A stretch of 64,000 nt of DNA from positions 1-64,000 of the forward strand of contig JBJOKS010000006.1 of NCBI GenBank assembly GCA_046045965.1, written 5' to 3'. Positions 1 through 10,617 of this stretch are shown here, piece after piece. A model generated the notes under the pieces. That model did no database searches. It was not told the origin of the DNA and worked only from the letters and a program-made list of their open reading frames with translations. Each line of letters begins with the position of its first letter. The stretch's first letter is position 1. Made by a program: the position numbers and the translations under genes. This stretch comes from Cyanobacteriota bacterium. GTDB lineage: Bacteria > Cyanobacteriota > Cyanobacteriia > Cyanobacteriales > Nostocaceae.

Positions 1-935
1 ATCTGCGACTTCCAGAAGCAAGACAAGCTCAGGCAGACCTAGCACGGGAATATGGTATACATGGATTTTGTTACTATCACTACTGGTTTAATGGCAAACG
101 TTTGTTAGAACGTCCTTTTAATGAAGTATTAGCTTCAGGAGAGCCAGACTTTCCTTTTTGCCTGTGTTGGGCTAATGAAAACTGGACACGGCGTTGGGAT
201 GGACAAGAGCAAGAAATCCTCGCAGAACAGGTTTACGGAGAAGAAGATGATAGACGGCATATACAATGGCTGGCTCAAGCCTTCCAAGACCCCCGCTATA
301 TTCGCATTAATGGTAAACCGTTGTTTTTGGTTTACCGAACATCCAAAATTCCCGATCCTCTGAAAACTGCGAAAATATGGCGCGAAGAAGCATACAAACT
401 GGGTATTGGTGAGATTTTTCTCTGCAAAGTTGAAAGTTTTTATGATGAACAAGGTGATCCCAGCTTGATCGGGTTTGATGCATCAGTAGAATTTCAACCT
501 GACTGGTCACAATTGGGCTTACCACTGCAAAGGGGTAGACGCTGGCAATTGGCAAGAAAACTAGGACTATCTGAAAAAGTTTATGGAGATAACAATATCT
601 ATGACTACACAGCTGTGGTTGAGAAAATGCTGGCAAAACCAACCCCCCACTATCAGCGTTTCCCCTGTGTGACTCCATCTTGGGACAACACGGCACGTCG
701 CAAAATAAATGCTACTGTTTTCCAAAACTCTACACCCGAAACTTACAAACGTTGGTTGACAGAGGTGGTGAGAAAAACTTTACATAATAAATCCAGTGAA
801 AACATAATTTTTATCAACGCCTGGAATGAATGGGCTGAGGGCAATCACTTAGAGCCATGTCGTAAATGGGGAACTGCTTACTTGGAAGCGACGAAAAAAG
901 TGTTGCTAGACCATGAATTTATCATAACTCCATAA
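1..935 (+). CDS. WbsX-family / glycoside hydrolase 99-like domain protein (5' truncated by window)
   Basis: Frame is open from position 3 (LRLPEARQAQADLAREYGIHGFCYYHYWF); motifs CLCWANENWTRRWDG, WDNTARR and FINAWNEWAEGNHLEP are typical of WbsX. Confidence 0.85.
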   Translation, partial: LRLPEARQAQADLAREYGIHGFCYYHYWFNGKRLLERPFNEVLASGEPDFPFCLCWANENWTRRWDGQEQEILAEQVYGEEDDRRHIQWLAQAFQDPRYIRINGKPLFLVYRTSKIPDPLKTAKIWREEAYKLGIGEIFLCKVESFYDEQGDPSLIGFDASVEFQPDWSQLGLPLQRGRRWQLARKLGLSEKVYGDNNIYDYTAVVEKMLAKPTPHYQRFPCVTPSWDNTARRKINATVFQNSTPETYKRWLTEVVRKTLHNKSSENIIFINAWNEWAEGNHLEPCRKWGTAYLEATKKVLLDHEFIITP

Positions 936-1038
936 TATAATACCAAATTAATATGAAGGTAAGGATTCAGATTTCAAAAATAATTGATCGAAGATAAACG
1001 GAGATCAAGAAAATTATAAATTCATTCAATAAATTTTC

Positions 1039-2070
1039 ATGAATAAACCAATTCAATTACCATCCATTAACTCAGTTTCTGAAAATGTTAATAGACCCTT
1101 TTGGTCAGTGATGATTCCCACATATAACGGCACAAAATACTTGGAGCAAACACTAAAAAGCATCCTAGTCCAAGATCCAGGACCAGATGAAATGCAAATT
1201 GAAGTAGTAGATGATTGCTCTACTAAAGACGACCCTGAAGAACTTGTAAAAGACATAGGTCAAGGTAGAATTTCCTTTTTTAGAAACCCGCAAAATGTTG
1301 GTCTGCTACCTAATTGGGATACTTGTATTCGACGTGCTAATGGTCACTGGGTTCACATCCTCCATCAAGACGATATTGTTTTACCTGGTTTTTACAACTC
1401 TTTAAAAAACGCTGCACAAGCAGATATATCAGTGGGAGCAGCTTTTTGCCGCTATATGCACATGGATGAAGATGGTCACTGGATAGATATCTCAACTCTG
1501 GAAAGAAAAACACCTGGCATTCTCGAAAATTGGTTAGAACAAATTGCTGTCAAGCAACGGATTCAATTTGCTTCTATTGTAGTTAAGCGTAGTACCTATG
1601 AGACGCTTCGAGGTTTCTGTCCAGAAGCTGCTTCAGCAGCAGATTGGGAAATGTGGAAACGTATTTCAGCACACTACCCCATTTGGTATGAACCTCAACC
1701 ATTAGCCTGTTATCGTTTACACTCAGCTTCAGAAACTTCGCAATTAGTTAAATTAGGTAAAAATATTGCGGACTCACGGGAATCAATAGAAATTTCTAAA
1801 TCTTATTTACCTGAATCTATTGCCCAAAAAGTATCTATAAAGGCTAGAAAATTTTATGCAGATTATGCCCTTGATTCAGCACAATATATGCTGTTTACAG
1901 GTAATAAAACTACAGCTATCAACCAAATACAGGAGGCTTTTAAATGCAGATTTTCGTTGCCAGTAATTATGAAAACAATCGAAATTTTTAGATCATATAC
2001 TATATGGTACACGTATATGTCATTAAAAGAAATTAGGCAAAATATATATAAATTTGCTAAAAACAATTAA
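1039..2070 (+). CDS. Glycosyltransferase family 2
   Basis: SVMIPTYN, VVDDCSTKD, ILHQDD GT-A motifs. Confidence 0.9.
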   Translation: MNKPIQLPSINSVSENVNRPFWSVMIPTYNGTKYLEQTLKSILVQDPGPDEMQIEVVDDCSTKDDPEELVKDIGQGRISFFRNPQNVGLLPNWDTCIRRANGHWVHILHQDDIVLPGFYNSLKNAAQADISVGAAFCRYMHMDEDGHWIDISTLERKTPGILENWLEQIAVKQRIQFASIVVKRSTYETLRGFCPEAASAADWEMWKRISAHYPIWYEPQPLACYRLHSASETSQLVKLGKNIADSRESIEISKSYLPESIAQKVSIKARKFYADYALDSAQYMLFTGNKTTAINQIQEAFKCRFSLPVIMKTIEIFRSYTIWYTYMSLKEIRQNIYKFAKNN

Positions 2071-2206
2071 CTATATCTACTATATCCATGAATATTGCAA
2101 TTAAGATGCTAGTCTATACAGTCTATACATTAGATGTATGCTAAAAACTAGCAAAGCATTTTGAAGAAATAAGATAGAGATTGAAAATTTTACCCTTAAA
2201 AAACTA

Positions 2207-3268
2207 ATGAGTTCACCGATTCTTTGGTTGCGCGAAAAATTTACACACATGGGTCAATATAGTGGTTATGACCAACTATGTACCACCCTGGAAAAAGAAC
2301 ACCCCAATAATTATCATAGTGTCTGGTGCGATCGCAAAAAAACACCAAGGGGGCTGGGAAGATTGGTGTCAGGCTTGATTTCTAGCCCATCAGGAAACCC
2401 TCTTTATACCAGTGCCAGTGCTTTAGCTGAATTAAAGACTATTTGGCAAACTTATCTCCATCCCATTTCACAAATTCATATCCTTTATATTGAAGATGCC
2501 TTCCGAATAATTGGCAAAAAAAGATCCAGTATCAAATCTCGCATTATTGCCACTGCACATCAACCACCTGGTTGGTGGCGATTAATCCACTGCTATCCTC
2601 AAGAACTGGAGACATTGGATGAATTAATTGTTCTATCTAACCATAGTGTTGAATACTTTGATAAGTATTTACCGGGAAGAGTCCATTTTATTCCTCACGG
2701 TGTTGATACAGAGTTCTTTTCTCCAGATTCAAACCGATTACATTCAAGCAATCTGGAATGTATATTTGTGGGACAGTGGCTGCGTGATTTAGAGACATTA
2801 GTTGGGGTAGTTGATCGTGTTCTATCCAAGAACCCGACTATTCACTTCAACATCGTTATTCCTCATTTCAAACGTCATATTTCTTGTCTACAAAGAATGG
2901 CACGCCATACTCAAGTACGCTGGTATGCCAACCTTTCTGATCAAGCCTTGCGTGACCTCTACCGCCGATCACATTTACTGGTTTTACCCTTACTTGACTG
3001 TACAGCCAACAATGCTTTGTTAGAAGCATCCGCTTGTGGTTTGCCTGTGATTACCAATGCCTTCGGGGGGGCTTTTGATTATACCCAACCAACCTTTGCA
3101 GAATTGCTACCTGTTGGGGATGTAGTTGGTATGTCAGATGCAATTCTGGCACTAGCTGAAGATTTAGACGAGTGCCAGAAGAGAGGTGCGGCTGCCAGAT
3201 GTTTTGTTGAGGCAAATTTTACCTGGCAAAAAGTGGCAGAACAAGTTGTTAAGCTTTACTTTCAGTAG
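2207..3268 (+). CDS. Glycosyltransferase family 4
   Basis: IPHGVDTEFF, NNALLEASACGLPVI, FTWQ GT-B motifs. Confidence 0.88.
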   Translation: MSSPILWLREKFTHMGQYSGYDQLCTTLEKEHPNNYHSVWCDRKKTPRGLGRLVSGLISSPSGNPLYTSASALAELKTIWQTYLHPISQIHILYIEDAFRIIGKKRSSIKSRIIATAHQPPGWWRLIHCYPQELETLDELIVLSNHSVEYFDKYLPGRVHFIPHGVDTEFFSPDSNRLHSSNLECIFVGQWLRDLETLVGVVDRVLSKNPTIHFNIVIPHFKRHISCLQRMARHTQVRWYANLSDQALRDLYRRSHLLVLPLLDCTANNALLEASACGLPVITNAFGGAFDYTQPTFAELLPVGDVVGMSDAILALAEDLDECQKRGAAARCFVEANFTWQKVAEQVVKLYFQ

Positions 3269-3324
3269 AAGTTAATATCACCAAAGTTTTAAAAAGCTGG
3301 AAATTTTCTTGTATTGGGAGTTAC

Positions 3325-4236
3325 ATGATAGAAATTAGTGTTATTATTTGTACACGCAATCCTCGTTTAAACTACTTAAATCGTGTCTTACAAGCCCTTG
3401 AGGCTCAAACACTATCGAAAGGCCGATGGGAGTTACTGCTGATTGATAATGCCAGCGATCGCACTCTGGCTGAGGAAATTGACCTCAGTTGGCATCCTCA
3501 AGGTCGTCATATTCGAGAAGACCAACTCGGTTTAACACCTGCCCGTTTACGAGGAATCAAAGAGGCTCAAGCTGAAACTTTGGTGTTTGTAGATGATGAT
3601 AATGTTTTAGAAGTTGATTATTTAACAAATGTTCTACAAATTAGTAAGGACTATTCATTCCTGGGAGCTTGGGGAGGACAAACGATTCCTGGATTTGAGG
3701 AAACTCCTACAGAATGGACAAAACCTTTCTGGGTAGCTTTGGCAATTCGAGAATTTAATGAAGATCATTGGTCAAATCTGGTTAATCAATATGAAACAAC
3801 CCCTTGTGGGGCGGGAATGTGTATTCGTAAGTTCGTAGCCGAAAAATATGCTGAACTGGTTCAACATGACTCTAGACGGAAAAGTATGGATCGCAAAGGG
3901 GAAAAGTTGACATCCTATGGAGATTCAGATATGGCTTTTACTGCCTGTGATCTGGGTTTGGGTACAGGTCGCTTTGCTAGGTTGAAACTCACACATTTAA
4001 TGCCTCCTGAACGATTGCAGGAAGATTATTTACTGCGATTAATTGAGTCTTCTACCTACTCTGGTGTTATTGTTGAGTCCTATCGGGGCAAACTTCCCCA
4101 AGGTAGTAAATCTGGGTTAGCCAAACTTGCCGATTGGATTCGGTTCTGGCGCATGAGTCCTAGAGAAAGACGGTTTTACCAAGCTCATCAACGGGGCTTG
4201 CAGGCTGCTTTAAAAGAAATTGTTTCATCTGTCTAA
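3325..4236 (+). CDS. Glycosyltransferase family 2
   Basis: [23 protein letters not shown]. Confidence 0.9.
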   Translation: MIEISVIICTRNPRLNYLNRVLQALEAQTLSKGRWELLLIDNASDRTLAEEIDLSWHPQGRHIREDQLGLTPARLRGIKEAQAETLVFVDDDNVLEVDYLTNVLQISKDYSFLGAWGGQTIPGFEETPTEWTKPFWVALAIREFNEDHWSNLVNQYETTPCGAGMCIRKFVAEKYAELVQHDSRRKSMDRKGEKLTSYGDSDMAFTACDLGLGTGRFARLKLTHLMPPERLQEDYLLRLIESSTYSGVIVESYRGKLPQGSKSGLAKLADWIRFWRMSPRERRFYQAHQRGLQAALKEIVSSV

Positions 4237-4256
4237 AGGATTGGGAGAATACACGA

Positions 4257-5309
4257 GTGAACAAATTACTAGTAACAGGCTCATCAGGACTCATTGGCTC
4301 GGAAGTATGTCTTCATTTTGCTAATCTTGGCTGGCATATTCACGGTGTTGACAACAACCAAAGAGCAGTATTCTTTGGCTCTCAAGGAGATACTCGTTGG
4401 AACCAGCAACGGTTACAGTCTCTCATTAAAGGCTTTGTCCATCATGAAGTTGATATACGCGATCGCCAAAATGTCCTCAACCTAATTGATAGCATCAGAC
4501 CAGATGCCATAGTCCACACCGCAGCCCAACCTAGCCATGATTTAGCGGCTAAAATTCCCTTTGATGACTTTGATACTAATGCCGTTGGTACATTGAACCT
4601 TTTAGAAGCAACCCGTCAGTTTGTCCCTGAAGCTCCTTTTGTTCATCTCTCCACAAATAAAGTATACGGTGATGCCCCAAACGAAATTCCCATGTTGGAA
4701 TTAGAGACTCGTTGGGATTACGCTGATCCAACTTACGAAAATGGTATTCCTGAAACTTTTCGCATTGACCAATCTAAACACTCGCTTTTTGGTGCTTCTA
4801 AAGTTGCCGCTGATATTATGGTGCAGGAATATGGACGTTATTTTGGTTTAAAAACTTGCTGTTTGCGTGGTGGGTGTCTCACAGGTCCCAACCATTCCGG
4901 TGTTGAGTTGCATGGGTTTCTCAGTTATTTAGTCAAATGCAACTTAGAAGAACGCACTTACAAAATTTTTGGTTATAAAGGTAAGCAAGTCAGAGATAAC
5001 ATTCATTCCTATGATGTAGCTCGGTTTATTGAAGAGTTTATCAACAACCCTCGTTGTGGCGAAGTTTATAATCTGGGAGGTGGTAAAAATAATACTTCTT
5101 CTATCTGGGAAGCTTTTGATACAGTGGCATCTTTTACAGGTAAACCAATGCAATATGAATATGTAGACAAAAACCGTGAGGGTGATCATATTTGTTACTA
5201 TAGTGATCTGCGGAAAATGCAACAGCATTATCCCCAGTGGCAGATAACAAAAAGCCTGGATGATATTTTTAGAGAAATTGCTACCACTTGGTTAAGCAGG
5301 CTGCAATAA
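4257..5309 (+). CDS. NAD-dependent nucleotide-sugar epimerase, CDP-paratose 2-epimerase (RfbE)-like
   Basis: GTG start; TGSSGLIG Rossmann motif, [25 protein letters not shown]. Confidence 0.8.
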   Translation: MNKLLVTGSSGLIGSEVCLHFANLGWHIHGVDNNQRAVFFGSQGDTRWNQQRLQSLIKGFVHHEVDIRDRQNVLNLIDSIRPDAIVHTAAQPSHDLAAKIPFDDFDTNAVGTLNLLEATRQFVPEAPFVHLSTNKVYGDAPNEIPMLELETRWDYADPTYENGIPETFRIDQSKHSLFGASKVAADIMVQEYGRYFGLKTCCLRGGCLTGPNHSGVELHGFLSYLVKCNLEERTYKIFGYKGKQVRDNIHSYDVARFIEEFINNPRCGEVYNLGGGKNNTSSIWEAFDTVASFTGKPMQYEYVDKNREGDHICYYSDLRKMQQHYPQWQITKSLDDIFREIATTWLSRLQ

Positions 5310-5335
5310 CATAGCCAAATTAGATCAACCAAATA

Positions 5336-6613
5336 ATGAGTAACTTACCTCGTCTTTTAATCGTTAGTGAACTATCTTTAAGTTTTAGCAAAGATGGTAG
5401 GAGTGCTAATCCAACTTTATTTAACCTATTTGAAAGCTATCCTGCGGAACTTTTGCTGCAATATGTTCCAAAATCAACTTTAAGGAATAACCCTCCATCT
5501 CCTCCATTTGAAGAACGTGTAACATCATTTCCATCACAATATTTGCCAGTCATCAGAAATAGGCTTGGCAATGTTTTAAATTACTTCATAAATAGAATAA
5601 ATTTACAATTCATGGAATGGCTACCAATACCTAACAAAAGCCAGTTAAATGATTTTGATCCAGAAATTATTTTGGTATGTCCGATCACACCTTTATGTCT
5701 AGTAATGGGTTACAAACTCATGATGGAATTTGACCGTCCTTTTTTAATCTATTTTATGGATGATTGGATGGCATATCGTTCCAGTAGATGGTTATACATT
5801 TTTTTGGAAAAATTAATCAACCCATATATACAAACTTTAACTCACACAATTCTCAAAAAATCAAGGGATTGGTTAATGATTAGCGAACAGCTAAAAAACG
5901 AATTGTCGTCGCGATACAAAATAACACCTCAATCGTCATTAGTTGTTCATAACCCTGTCGATTTATCTAACAAGAGTTTACCTAATTTTGAAAAAAAATC
6001 TAGTAATGATATCTTTAGAATCGCATATGCAGGTTCAATTCAAGTGATGCATTATGATGCCTTAGCTGTTGTAGCTGAGGCAGTATATCAGCTTAGATGT
6101 GAAGGTGTATCTATTGAGTTAGTAGTATATACTGCTCAAGGTTTTTGGGATTTTTATCAGACAAGATTAGAAACCTGGGAGGTGATTTATGGAGGTCTAA
6201 TTCCTTATAATGAACTAAGTGAACATTTAAAGTGCGCTGATCTGCTCTTGGTTGCCACATCATTTTTACCTGAATCTGCTCATATGGTTCGTTCTTCTGT
6301 CTTAACTAAGTTAACTGATTACATGGCTACAGGTATACCCATGATGTCTTGTGGACCTAGTTACTCTGCCTGCAATCACTTTGTTAATAAATGGGAGTGT
6401 GGTTTAGTCTGTGACACAAATAATCTGCCAGACGTTAAGGCTTTTCTTGTCACACAAATGAATAATTATTCTTTAAATCAACAAATAGCAGTAAATGCTT
6501 TTGAGGTCTTGAAAAATCAATTTGAAAAGAATAAAATTAGCAATTCTTTGTTTGATTTTATTCAACAAGCTGCTAATCAAAAATTAAATAAAAAATTATT
6601 TGATATTTATTGA
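5336..6613 (+). CDS. Putative glycosyltransferase (GT-B/GT4-like)
   Basis: IYFMDDW, IAYAGSI, TKLTDYMATGIP; located in GT cluster; AT-rich. Confidence 0.7.
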   Translation: MSNLPRLLIVSELSLSFSKDGRSANPTLFNLFESYPAELLLQYVPKSTLRNNPPSPPFEERVTSFPSQYLPVIRNRLGNVLNYFINRINLQFMEWLPIPNKSQLNDFDPEIILVCPITPLCLVMGYKLMMEFDRPFLIYFMDDWMAYRSSRWLYIFLEKLINPYIQTLTHTILKKSRDWLMISEQLKNELSSRYKITPQSSLVVHNPVDLSNKSLPNFEKKSSNDIFRIAYAGSIQVMHYDALAVVAEAVYQLRCEGVSIELVVYTAQGFWDFYQTRLETWEVIYGGLIPYNELSEHLKCADLLLVATSFLPESAHMVRSSVLTKLTDYMATGIPMMSCGPSYSACNHFVNKWECGLVCDTNNLPDVKAFLVTQMNNYSLNQQIAVNAFEVLKNQFEKNKISNSLFDFIQQAANQKLNKKLFDIY

Positions 6614-6688
6614 AAATAGATATCCAAATAACTATTTTACAATCTTGAAGCACTGTTAAACAACAAGTTATTTATTTGGTAATTCAAA

Positions 6689-7486
6689 ATGCTGAGATAT
6701 CTATCTAGAAAAATTAATTCAATCAGATTCAAAATCCTTAATAAAGGATTGACAAGAAACCAGATTGCTGTTTCTAAAGAAATCACTTTAAATGTTGATC
6801 AGGATGCTTACTATGCCTTTAGATACTTCACTGATTTTGATACAGATATGGTGAACGAGATGAAATCTTTCATTAAAAATACCAAAGACAAAAAATGTTT
6901 TCTTGATATTGGTTCACACTATGGGATATTTAGCTTAGTTTTTTCAAGTAATTCTGATACTATTGCTTTTGCAATAGAACCTTCTGCGTCTGCATATAAA
7001 ATACTTGATAATCATTGCCATCTTAACTCCCAATGTCGAATTAAAGCTTTTCAGTTAGCCTTTGGAGATTCAGAAGGAAAGTTACAAATGCAAGGTGATG
7101 TTAGCGATCATTTGGTGGTAAAAAAATCCAATAGTTCGGTAATTGAAAAGAATGAAAAAACTATCGATGTAGATGTTACAACAATAGATAGCTTTATTTC
7201 TAAACAGAATATTGTACCTGATGTTATTAAAATAGATACAGAAGGGTTTGAGTTAAATATCTTGAAAGGCGCAGTGAATTTTTTGAACAATTATAATCCT
7301 ATGATTTTTCTGGAAGTACACCCTGCCTTTTTGTGCGAATTAGGTTACTCAGTAGAAGAGTTAATTGAATTTCTAGGTACATATAAATATAAAATTTATG
7401 ATTTAAATTTCAAGTTAATACCAAATCCTCTGTCTTACTTGAGTCAAGACATTCATAGAATCATTTGCTATAAATCTTCTGAATGA
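6689..7486 (+). CDS. FkbM-family methyltransferase
   Basis: FLDIGSHYG, AIEPS, IKIDTEGFELNILKG. Confidence 0.9.
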   Translation: MLRYLSRKINSIRFKILNKGLTRNQIAVSKEITLNVDQDAYYAFRYFTDFDTDMVNEMKSFIKNTKDKKCFLDIGSHYGIFSLVFSSNSDTIAFAIEPSASAYKILDNHCHLNSQCRIKAFQLAFGDSEGKLQMQGDVSDHLVVKKSNSSVIEKNEKTIDVDVTTIDSFISKQNIVPDVIKIDTEGFELNILKGAVNFLNNYNPMIFLEVHPAFLCELGYSVEELIEFLGTYKYKIYDLNFKLIPNPLSYLSQDIHRIICYKSSE

Positions 7487-8367
7487 TGAAAGGAATAAGG
7501 ATTTTCAAAATGAATCAATCTCTAGTTTATAGTTGGAAAGAAGCAATTTCACACCTCAGCATAGATGAAAGATTTCAGCAAGCGACAAAATATATTACTC
7601 CTACAGAACATCTACATGGATTAACAATACAAAGACTTTGGGCATTGCTAGATGAGGCTTGGGATGAACTACAAGAAAACAATCAAAAGCAGCACAATAA
7701 GTTTGATTTGCCAGAGTTTTTACATCATTATTATCAACATCCAGTTTGGCTAATAAATGCAGTTTTTTCAGAGTCTGACCCAGCAACTATTCAAGATCGC
7801 CTTGCAGCAGTTCGCTTAATTTCCCACGTCCAACCCCACAAAATTTTAGACTTTGGTGGCGGTATCGGGACAGTGGCTCGTTTGTGCGCTCATGAAATTC
7901 CCGCAGTAGAATCTATAGACTTGGTAGACATTACAGAATTTAGACATACTATTCGGCAATATCTCACTCAGTACCCTGTCATCAGAGTTTTAGAAAAGCC
8001 TGAGCCTCTATACGATGCTATTGTTTGTACAGAAGTTTTAGAACATCTGATCGATCCGATCGCGGCCATAGTAGAAATTAATCGTATGTTACGAGTTGGA
8101 GGAGCTTTTGCCACCAGTTATAGTTTTGAACCAGTAATTAAATGTCACCTACCACAAAACTTTCATCTGCGAAAAATGATGTTTTGGATTATTCGTAGTT
8201 TGGGATTTGGGTTTTATGGTTTTGAGCGTCGAGGAAGTACCGTATATGGTTTTATCAAACAGTCAGAAGTGACAGCAGATAAACTTAAACTTGCTCGGTT
8301 TTTAGAATCAATATCTAGATTACCTTTACCTATTGATAGAATTTTATTGTTGTTGCGGGGGCTTTGA
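7483..8367 (+). CDS. Class I SAM-dependent methyltransferase (start may be ATG 7510)
   Basis: ILDFGGGIG, CTEVLEHLIDP. Confidence 0.85.
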   Translation: MMKGIRIFKMNQSLVYSWKEAISHLSIDERFQQATKYITPTEHLHGLTIQRLWALLDEAWDELQENNQKQHNKFDLPEFLHHYYQHPVWLINAVFSESDPATIQDRLAAVRLISHVQPHKILDFGGGIGTVARLCAHEIPAVESIDLVDITEFRHTIRQYLTQYPVIRVLEKPEPLYDAIVCTEVLEHLIDPIAAIVEINRMLRVGGAFATSYSFEPVIKCHLPQNFHLRKMMFWIIRSLGFGFYGFERRGSTVYGFIKQSEVTADKLKLARFLESISRLPLPIDRILLLLRGL

Positions 8368-9491
8368 AACTTGTGAAAACAGTTTTTTTAATCTGCTCCG
8401 GTCTTGGCAATGTACAAAGAGGCTACGAATCTTTTACACAAGAATGTTTTGAGGCTCTGCAACAAGAACCTACCAAATCTATGGAAGTAATATTATTTAA
8501 AGGAGGGGGAAAATCTCAGACTCAGGAATTTGTTTTACCTAATCTGCCGCGTGGGTTATGGCTAACGCAAAAATTGGGTAAAATATTTAATCAAGACCCT
8601 TACTTTATTGAGCAGTTTAGCTTTTGCCTCAGTCTATTACCCCACATATATCAGAAACGTCCTCAAGTTATCTTTTTTAGTGATTTTAATTTAGGAACAA
8701 TACTCTGGCATTTGCGACGTTTGACTGGCTTACCTTACAAGTTGCTTTTTTCTAATGGCGCACCCAATGGACCACCTTTTACTCGGATGGACTATGTTCA
8801 GCATTTGACTCCCACACATTACCAGATAGCTCTGAAAGCTGGAGATAACTCTAACAAACATTTTTTTGTTCCCTACGGTATTAGGATGAGCGATCGCTTA
8901 GAAATACTATCTCAGGAAGAACGAACTGCTCTGTGTGGTGCATTAGATTTGCCAAGCGATCGCCCTATAATATTATCTGTAGCTGCCATAAACAAAAGTC
9001 ACAAACGGATGGATTATCTCATTCGTGAAATAGCGCAAATTTCCGAACCCCGACCTTTTTTGCTGATGTTAGGTCATCAAGATGCTGAGTCAGTGGAAAT
9101 TGTGAATATGGGAAATCAACTTCTTGGTCAAGAAAATTTCCGAGTTAAAACCGTTCCCCTAGAACAAGTTTCTCAGTATTACCAAGTTGCAAACCTTTTT
9201 GTATTGGCTTCTCTAAGTGAAGGATTTGGACGTGTTTTAATAGAAGCAATGTCCTATGGTTTACCCTGTTTAGCCCATGATTATGAAATCACACAGTTTG
9301 TTCTCAAAGATCAAGGATACTTGGCAAATTTTGAATTACCGGGAAGTTTAACAAATCTGATTATTCAGGTTTTATCTGAAAAAGATGATGATTCTAAATA
9401 TCGCCGACATCAATCAGTTTACCAACGTTTTAGTTGGAATCAACTTCGTGTTGACTATGTGGAAATGATTAATCGTTGTGCGGATATATAG
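8364..9491 (+). CDS. Glycosyltransferase family 4
   Basis: TTG start overlapping upstream stop; SLSEGFGRVLIEAMSYGLP. Confidence 0.9.
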   Translation: MKLVKTVFLICSGLGNVQRGYESFTQECFEALQQEPTKSMEVILFKGGGKSQTQEFVLPNLPRGLWLTQKLGKIFNQDPYFIEQFSFCLSLLPHIYQKRPQVIFFSDFNLGTILWHLRRLTGLPYKLLFSNGAPNGPPFTRMDYVQHLTPTHYQIALKAGDNSNKHFFVPYGIRMSDRLEILSQEERTALCGALDLPSDRPIILSVAAINKSHKRMDYLIREIAQISEPRPFLLMLGHQDAESVEIVNMGNQLLGQENFRVKTVPLEQVSQYYQVANLFVLASLSEGFGRVLIEAMSYGLPCLAHDYEITQFVLKDQGYLANFELPGSLTNLIIQVLSEKDDDSKYRRHQSVYQRFSWNQLRVDYVEMINRCADI

Positions 9492-9611
9492 TTGCTTCTA
9501 GACAAAAAATATTTTACACGGTTGTATTTGTTGGTAATATACTATACTCACGTTTAGCTAGAAAATCAATCAGAAAGGTCAAAGTTCCCTTAATTCAAAT
9601 TTGTAAACAAT

Positions 9612-10466
9612 ATGAGTCAGATTAAGTTCAGCGTTATTATCCCCACCTATCACCGCAATGATTTATTAGCACAATGCCTAAATTGCCTCGCTCCGAGTGT
9701 GCAAACATTACCTGCGGATGAGTATGAAGTAATTGTGACTGATGATGGTTCCCAAACCACTGCCCAAGAAATGATTAAACAAGACTATCCTTGGGCAAAA
9801 TGGGTTGCAGGTCCTCGCAAAGGTCCAGCCGCAAATCGTAATAATGGGGCTAAGTATGCTCAAGGTGAGTGGTTGGCCTTCACAGATGATGATTGTTTGC
9901 CTGATCCCCAGTGGCTTGAGGGCTATGCTAAAGCGATTTTTGATGAACCTGATTGTTTAGTATTTGAAGGTAGAACTTATGTTGACCGCCCCAGAAGGAG
10001 TTTAGCTGAGACAGCACCGACTAACGAAACAGGTGGATGTCTTTGGTCATGTAACTTTGCGGTGAAAAAACAACTATTTGAGGCTTTAGGAGGATTTGAT
10101 GAAAGATTTCCATACGCGGCGATGGAAGATGTAGAATTTAGACTAAGGCTGACAAAAACAGGGCATAAATACCTTTTTGTCAAAGAAGCTTCATTGTGCC
10201 ACCCTTGGAGATATATGGGCGGATGGCAAAAAATGCAACAACATAATACATCTGTATTTATTTATTTATCTACTCACCCACAAGAATCTGCCACAATCAA
10301 TTCTATTTATTACTTGAAATTGATATTTAGGGGGTTTTTAAATGAAATGATTACAGGAATTTTTACATTGAAAGGCAAGGGAGTTAGAGAAATTTTGCTA
10401 CAGCGTATAGCTTGGTTACATATGGCTATCCTATTTATAATAAAGTATAAATCAGTAAATATATAA
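9612..10466 (+). CDS. Glycosyltransferase family 2
   Basis: SVIIPTYHR, VTDDGS, GPAANRN, FTDDDC, GGFDERF. Confidence 0.92.
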   Translation: MSQIKFSVIIPTYHRNDLLAQCLNCLAPSVQTLPADEYEVIVTDDGSQTTAQEMIKQDYPWAKWVAGPRKGPAANRNNGAKYAQGEWLAFTDDDCLPDPQWLEGYAKAIFDEPDCLVFEGRTYVDRPRRSLAETAPTNETGGCLWSCNFAVKKQLFEALGGFDERFPYAAMEDVEFRLRLTKTGHKYLFVKEASLCHPWRYMGGWQKMQQHNTSVFIYLSTHPQESATINSIYYLKLIFRGFLNEMITGIFTLKGKGVREILLQRIAWLHMAILFIIKYKSVNI

Positions 10467-10617
10467 AATATAAAATATGACTAACTCATCACCCCTACGC
10501 TAAATTCAAAATTCAAAAACAAAACTGCAAAAGCCGATGATCTAAAAACTGAAACAGATGATTGCCCTATATGCTCTCACAGTAACTAATGAAATCGCTC
10601 TCTAGCTAGGTTGAAAA

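Noticed and set aside
10477..10590. Possible remnant of a CPxC-starting methyltransferase gene (…DDCPICSHSN*)
   Set aside because: Too short, not in frame with the nearby ATG, and could be chance.
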